DNA from: a virus
Taxonomy: Duplodnaviria > Caudoviricetes
DNA length: 56,473 bases
IMG/VR virus record: IMGVR_UViG_3300028638_000411
Coordinates: 1-56,473 of that record
Reading direction: 5' to 3' (one strand)
Shown: one piece after another, positions 54,478 through 56,473 of the stretch
How the letters are laid out: the number at the start of each line of letters is the position of its first letter
Position numbering within the stretch: the first letter of the stretch is position 1
Translations under genes and position numbers: made by a program
Notes under the pieces: generated by a model
What the model saw: only the letters and a program-made list of their open reading frames with translations
Database searches by the model: none
What the model was told of the DNA's origin: nothing

Positions 54478-55369
54478 CAAAATCATAACGCGCTATATGA
54501 TCAGAAATGACTGCTTTACAGCAAATAGAAAAATTACTCCTAAAGGTATCATGATTCATTCAACCGCCGCACCAGGTGTGATGGCAAAAGACTGGTTTAG
54601 CCGCTGGAACAAATCCTATAAGGCAGGTGAAATTAACCGTCAGGTATGTGTCCATGCCTTTATCGACGATAAAGAAGTGTGGCAGTATCTGCCCTGGGAT
54701 CACCGAGGATGGCATGCAGGCGGGTCAGCCAATAACACCCACATCGGTCTTGAGCTCTGTGAACCGGGTGGCTTTTCTTATACTGGCGGCTTTCAGATGG
54801 TGGGCTATGACGCGAAAAAGAACCAAGTCTACTTTAATAATGTATGGCAAAGTGCCGTAGATCTTTGCGTCTTTCTTTGCAGGAAATATAGTCTTACTGA
54901 AAAGGACATCCTCTGCCACTCTGAAGGAAGTAAAAAGGGTATCGCATCAAATCACGCGGATGTTACGCACTGGTTTGTGAAGCACGGTAAAAACATGGAC
55001 CACTTCCGGGCAGACGTAAAAAAGAAACTAAGCGTCTCTACCGTATCTTCGAATAGTCCACTATACCGCGTTCGTAAAACCTGGAATGATGCTAAGTCGC
55101 AAAAGGGTGCCTTTAGAAAACTGCATTACGCTATTATTTGCGCTGATGAGAATCCTGGATACTCTGTCTTTGACGAAAATGGCATAAAACTATACATCGG
55201 TAGCCATGACCCAATTTACGATATTTATACAGTCGTCAAAGGGGATTCTCTTTGGACGATTGCTAAGAAAAAGCTAGGTGATAGTAATCGTCGCCTCGAG
55301 ATCAAGGGGCTAAATGGTCTCACATCTAATGTGATCCATATTGGACAAAAGTTGAAACTACCAAAATAA
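54461..55369 (+). CDS. Endolysin: N-acetylmuramoyl-L-alanine amidase with LysM
   Basis: IMIHST, WHAGG, E.CE, HSE..SNHAD; C-terminal YTVVKGDSLW.IA..IGQKLKLP. Confidence 0.92.
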   Translation: MTMTPNKIITRYMIRNDCFTANRKITPKGIMIHSTAAPGVMAKDWFSRWNKSYKAGEINRQVCVHAFIDDKEVWQYLPWDHRGWHAGGSANNTHIGLELCEPGGFSYTGGFQMVGYDAKKNQVYFNNVWQSAVDLCVFLCRKYSLTEKDILCHSEGSKKGIASNHADVTHWFVKHGKNMDHFRADVKKKLSVSTVSSNSPLYRVRKTWNDAKSQKGAFRKLHYAIICADENPGYSVFDENGIKLYIGSHDPIYDIYTVVKGDSLWTIAKKKLGDSNRRLEIKGLNGLTSNVIHIGQKLKLPK

Positions 55370-55386
55370 TGTTCTGACGTACAACT

Positions 55387-55426
55387 AAAGACCTGTAGAG
55401 TGCGACTCTATGGGTCTTTTTCTTTT
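55387..55426 (+). terminator. Late-operon terminator
   Basis: AAAGACCTGTAGAG/CTCTATGGGTCTTT plus T-tract. Confidence 0.8.
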
Positions 55427-55489
55427 CCATCCTATTGCCCCTAGCCTATTTCCGCCACATTCACGACATCCGAAAGGAGGTATTTTAAG

Positions 55490-55894
55490 TTGAATCAAAA
55501 GCAAAAAGAAGCCCTTAAGAAGCTACGCGGCGCTGGCAGGAGCTACTTAGAAATCGCAGATCAACTTGGCCTCTCACAAAACACCGTGAAATCCTTCTGC
55601 CAAAGAAATCGGCTGGCCAGTGCGATTTCACCAGAACCTGAAACAATCAATGTCACACTTTGCCGAGAGTGCAACTCCCCTCTGATACAGACCAGTGGTA
55701 AAAAGAAAAAGCTTTTCTGCTCAGACCATTGCCGCCTGAGTTGGTGGAATGCGCACCAAGAGACCGTTAAACGAAAAAATGGCCGGACATTTAGCTGTCA
55801 GACCTGTGGACGTGATTTTATGGGCTATGGAAAAAGAGAACGCAAATACTGCTCTCGTTCCTGTTATGGCTTATCTAAGGTGGTCAGAAGATGA
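55490..55894 (+). CDS. HTH plus zinc-finger protein of the integration module
   Basis: G.SY.EIA..LGLS.NTVKSFC; CREC..FCS..C; CQTC..YCS..C. Confidence 0.8.
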   Translation: MNQKQKEALKKLRGAGRSYLEIADQLGLSQNTVKSFCQRNRLASAISPEPETINVTLCRECNSPLIQTSGKKKKLFCSDHCRLSWWNAHQETVKRKNGRTFSCQTCGRDFMGYGKRERKYCSRSCYGLSKVVRR

Positions 55895-56049
55895 CTAACA
55901 TTAAAGACATCATTCACTACTATACCGCCATACTGGCTTTTAGAAAATGGCTTGATGATGGCCTCATCACGGACGATGAATTTAAGGCGCTTTCTGCCAT
56001 CATGGCTGACAAATATAACCTTCCAAAGGGCAGCATTTATCGCCTGTAA
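55891..56049 (+). CDS. 52-aa SHOCT-like protein (absent from ORF track)
   Basis: ATGA overlap; WLDDGLITDDEF..L...MADKY. Confidence 0.7.
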   Translation: MTNIKDIIHYYTAILAFRKWLDDGLITDDEFKALSAIMADKYNLPKGSIYRL

Positions 56050-56051
56050 GC

Positions 56052-56085
56052 CTTGCTATTAGTAGCTTTACGAGTGATATATGTA
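56052..56085 (+). promoter_or_regulatory. Shared phage promoter motif copy 3
   Basis: CTTGCTAT-N12-GAGTGATATATGTA upstream of the recombinase RBS. Confidence 0.65.
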
Positions 56086-56105
56086 ATCAGAAGGAGGGAA
56101 AAAAG

Positions 56106-56473
56106 ATGGAACCTATCATCACTAGAACAGATAGGCCTATACCAAAACTCCCAGAGTTCAAAAGGGTAGCGGCCTATGCCAGAGTGTCCTCAGGTAAAGA
56201 TGCCATGATGCATTCCCTTGCCGCCCAGGTGAGTCATTACAGTAAGTACATTCAGGAAGAGCCTGGCTGGGTTTACGCTGGTGTCTATGCAGATGAAGCT
56301 ATGACTGGCACAAAGAATAACCGACCTGAACTAAATCGGCTTCTTGATGATTGTAAGGCAGGTAGAATTGACCTTGTCATCACCAAAAGTGCATCACGAC
56401 TTGCTCGAAATACAGTAGATCTACTCACAATGATCAGGGCACTAAAAGATATCGGTGTTGGTGTCATCTTTGA
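56106..56473 (+). CDS. Large serine recombinase, 5' part (truncated by window)
   Basis: AAYARVSS catalytic motif, YADE..TGT...RPE..RLL.DC..G.ID..ITKS.SR.ARN; AAGGAGG RBS. Confidence 0.92.
   Translation, partial: MEPIITRTDRPIPKLPEFKRVAAYARVSSGKDAMMHSLAAQVSHYSKYIQEEPGWVYAGVYADEAMTGTKNNRPELNRLLDDCKAGRIDLVITKSASRLARNTVDLLTMIRALKDIGVGVIF

Larger units (their letters stand above)
2975..56473 (+). mobile_element. Prophage (HK97-fold head, siphovirus tail, serine-recombinase integration module); left end approximate, right end beyond window
   Basis: Abrupt shift to AT-rich DNA after the tRNA; ordered lysogeny, replication, packaging, head, tail, lysis and recombinase modules. Confidence 0.93.

Noticed and set aside
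56285-56467. 60-aa minus-strand ORF
   Set aside because: Antisense to the serine recombinase, which the ORF track missed because it has no stop within the window.

Overview
Bacillota (Clostridia-like) chromosome. Bases 1-2.9 kb are GC-rich host DNA: two lipoprotein genes, corA and tRNA-Ala(GGC). Just after the tRNA terminator begins a prophage of at least 53 kb (HK97-type head, siphovirus tail) that runs off the right edge inside a large serine recombinase gene. Its modules in order are: (1) AT-rich defence cargo, a two-gene restriction-modification-like locus with three methyltransferase domains and an Mrr-type nuclease; (2) an ImmA/ImmR switch with two LexA-type boxes; (3) a Com-like zinc-ribbon gene, a structured leader and a sigma-70-region-4 gene; (4) replication genes (broken SNF2 helicase, intein-containing PolA, primase-helicase, origin-like repeats, VRR-NUC); (5) a late activator followed by morons (HD-GYP phosphodiesterase, MqsR/MqsA-Panacea toxin-antitoxin pair); (6) packaging genes (HNH, TerS, ParB-MTase, TerL with a class 3 intein); (7) head genes, then an unusual ~5.6 kb fibre/adhesin block before the connector; (8) tail, lysis and the integration module. 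The strongest leads are the Com-like protein with an RBS-sequestering leader upstream of the phage sigma-like gene, the post-capsid filament-like module with an FN3 domain apparently split across two genes, the triple-MTase/Mrr locus, and morons bracketed by duplicated phage sequence. All family calls come from motif recognition by eye; no searches were run.
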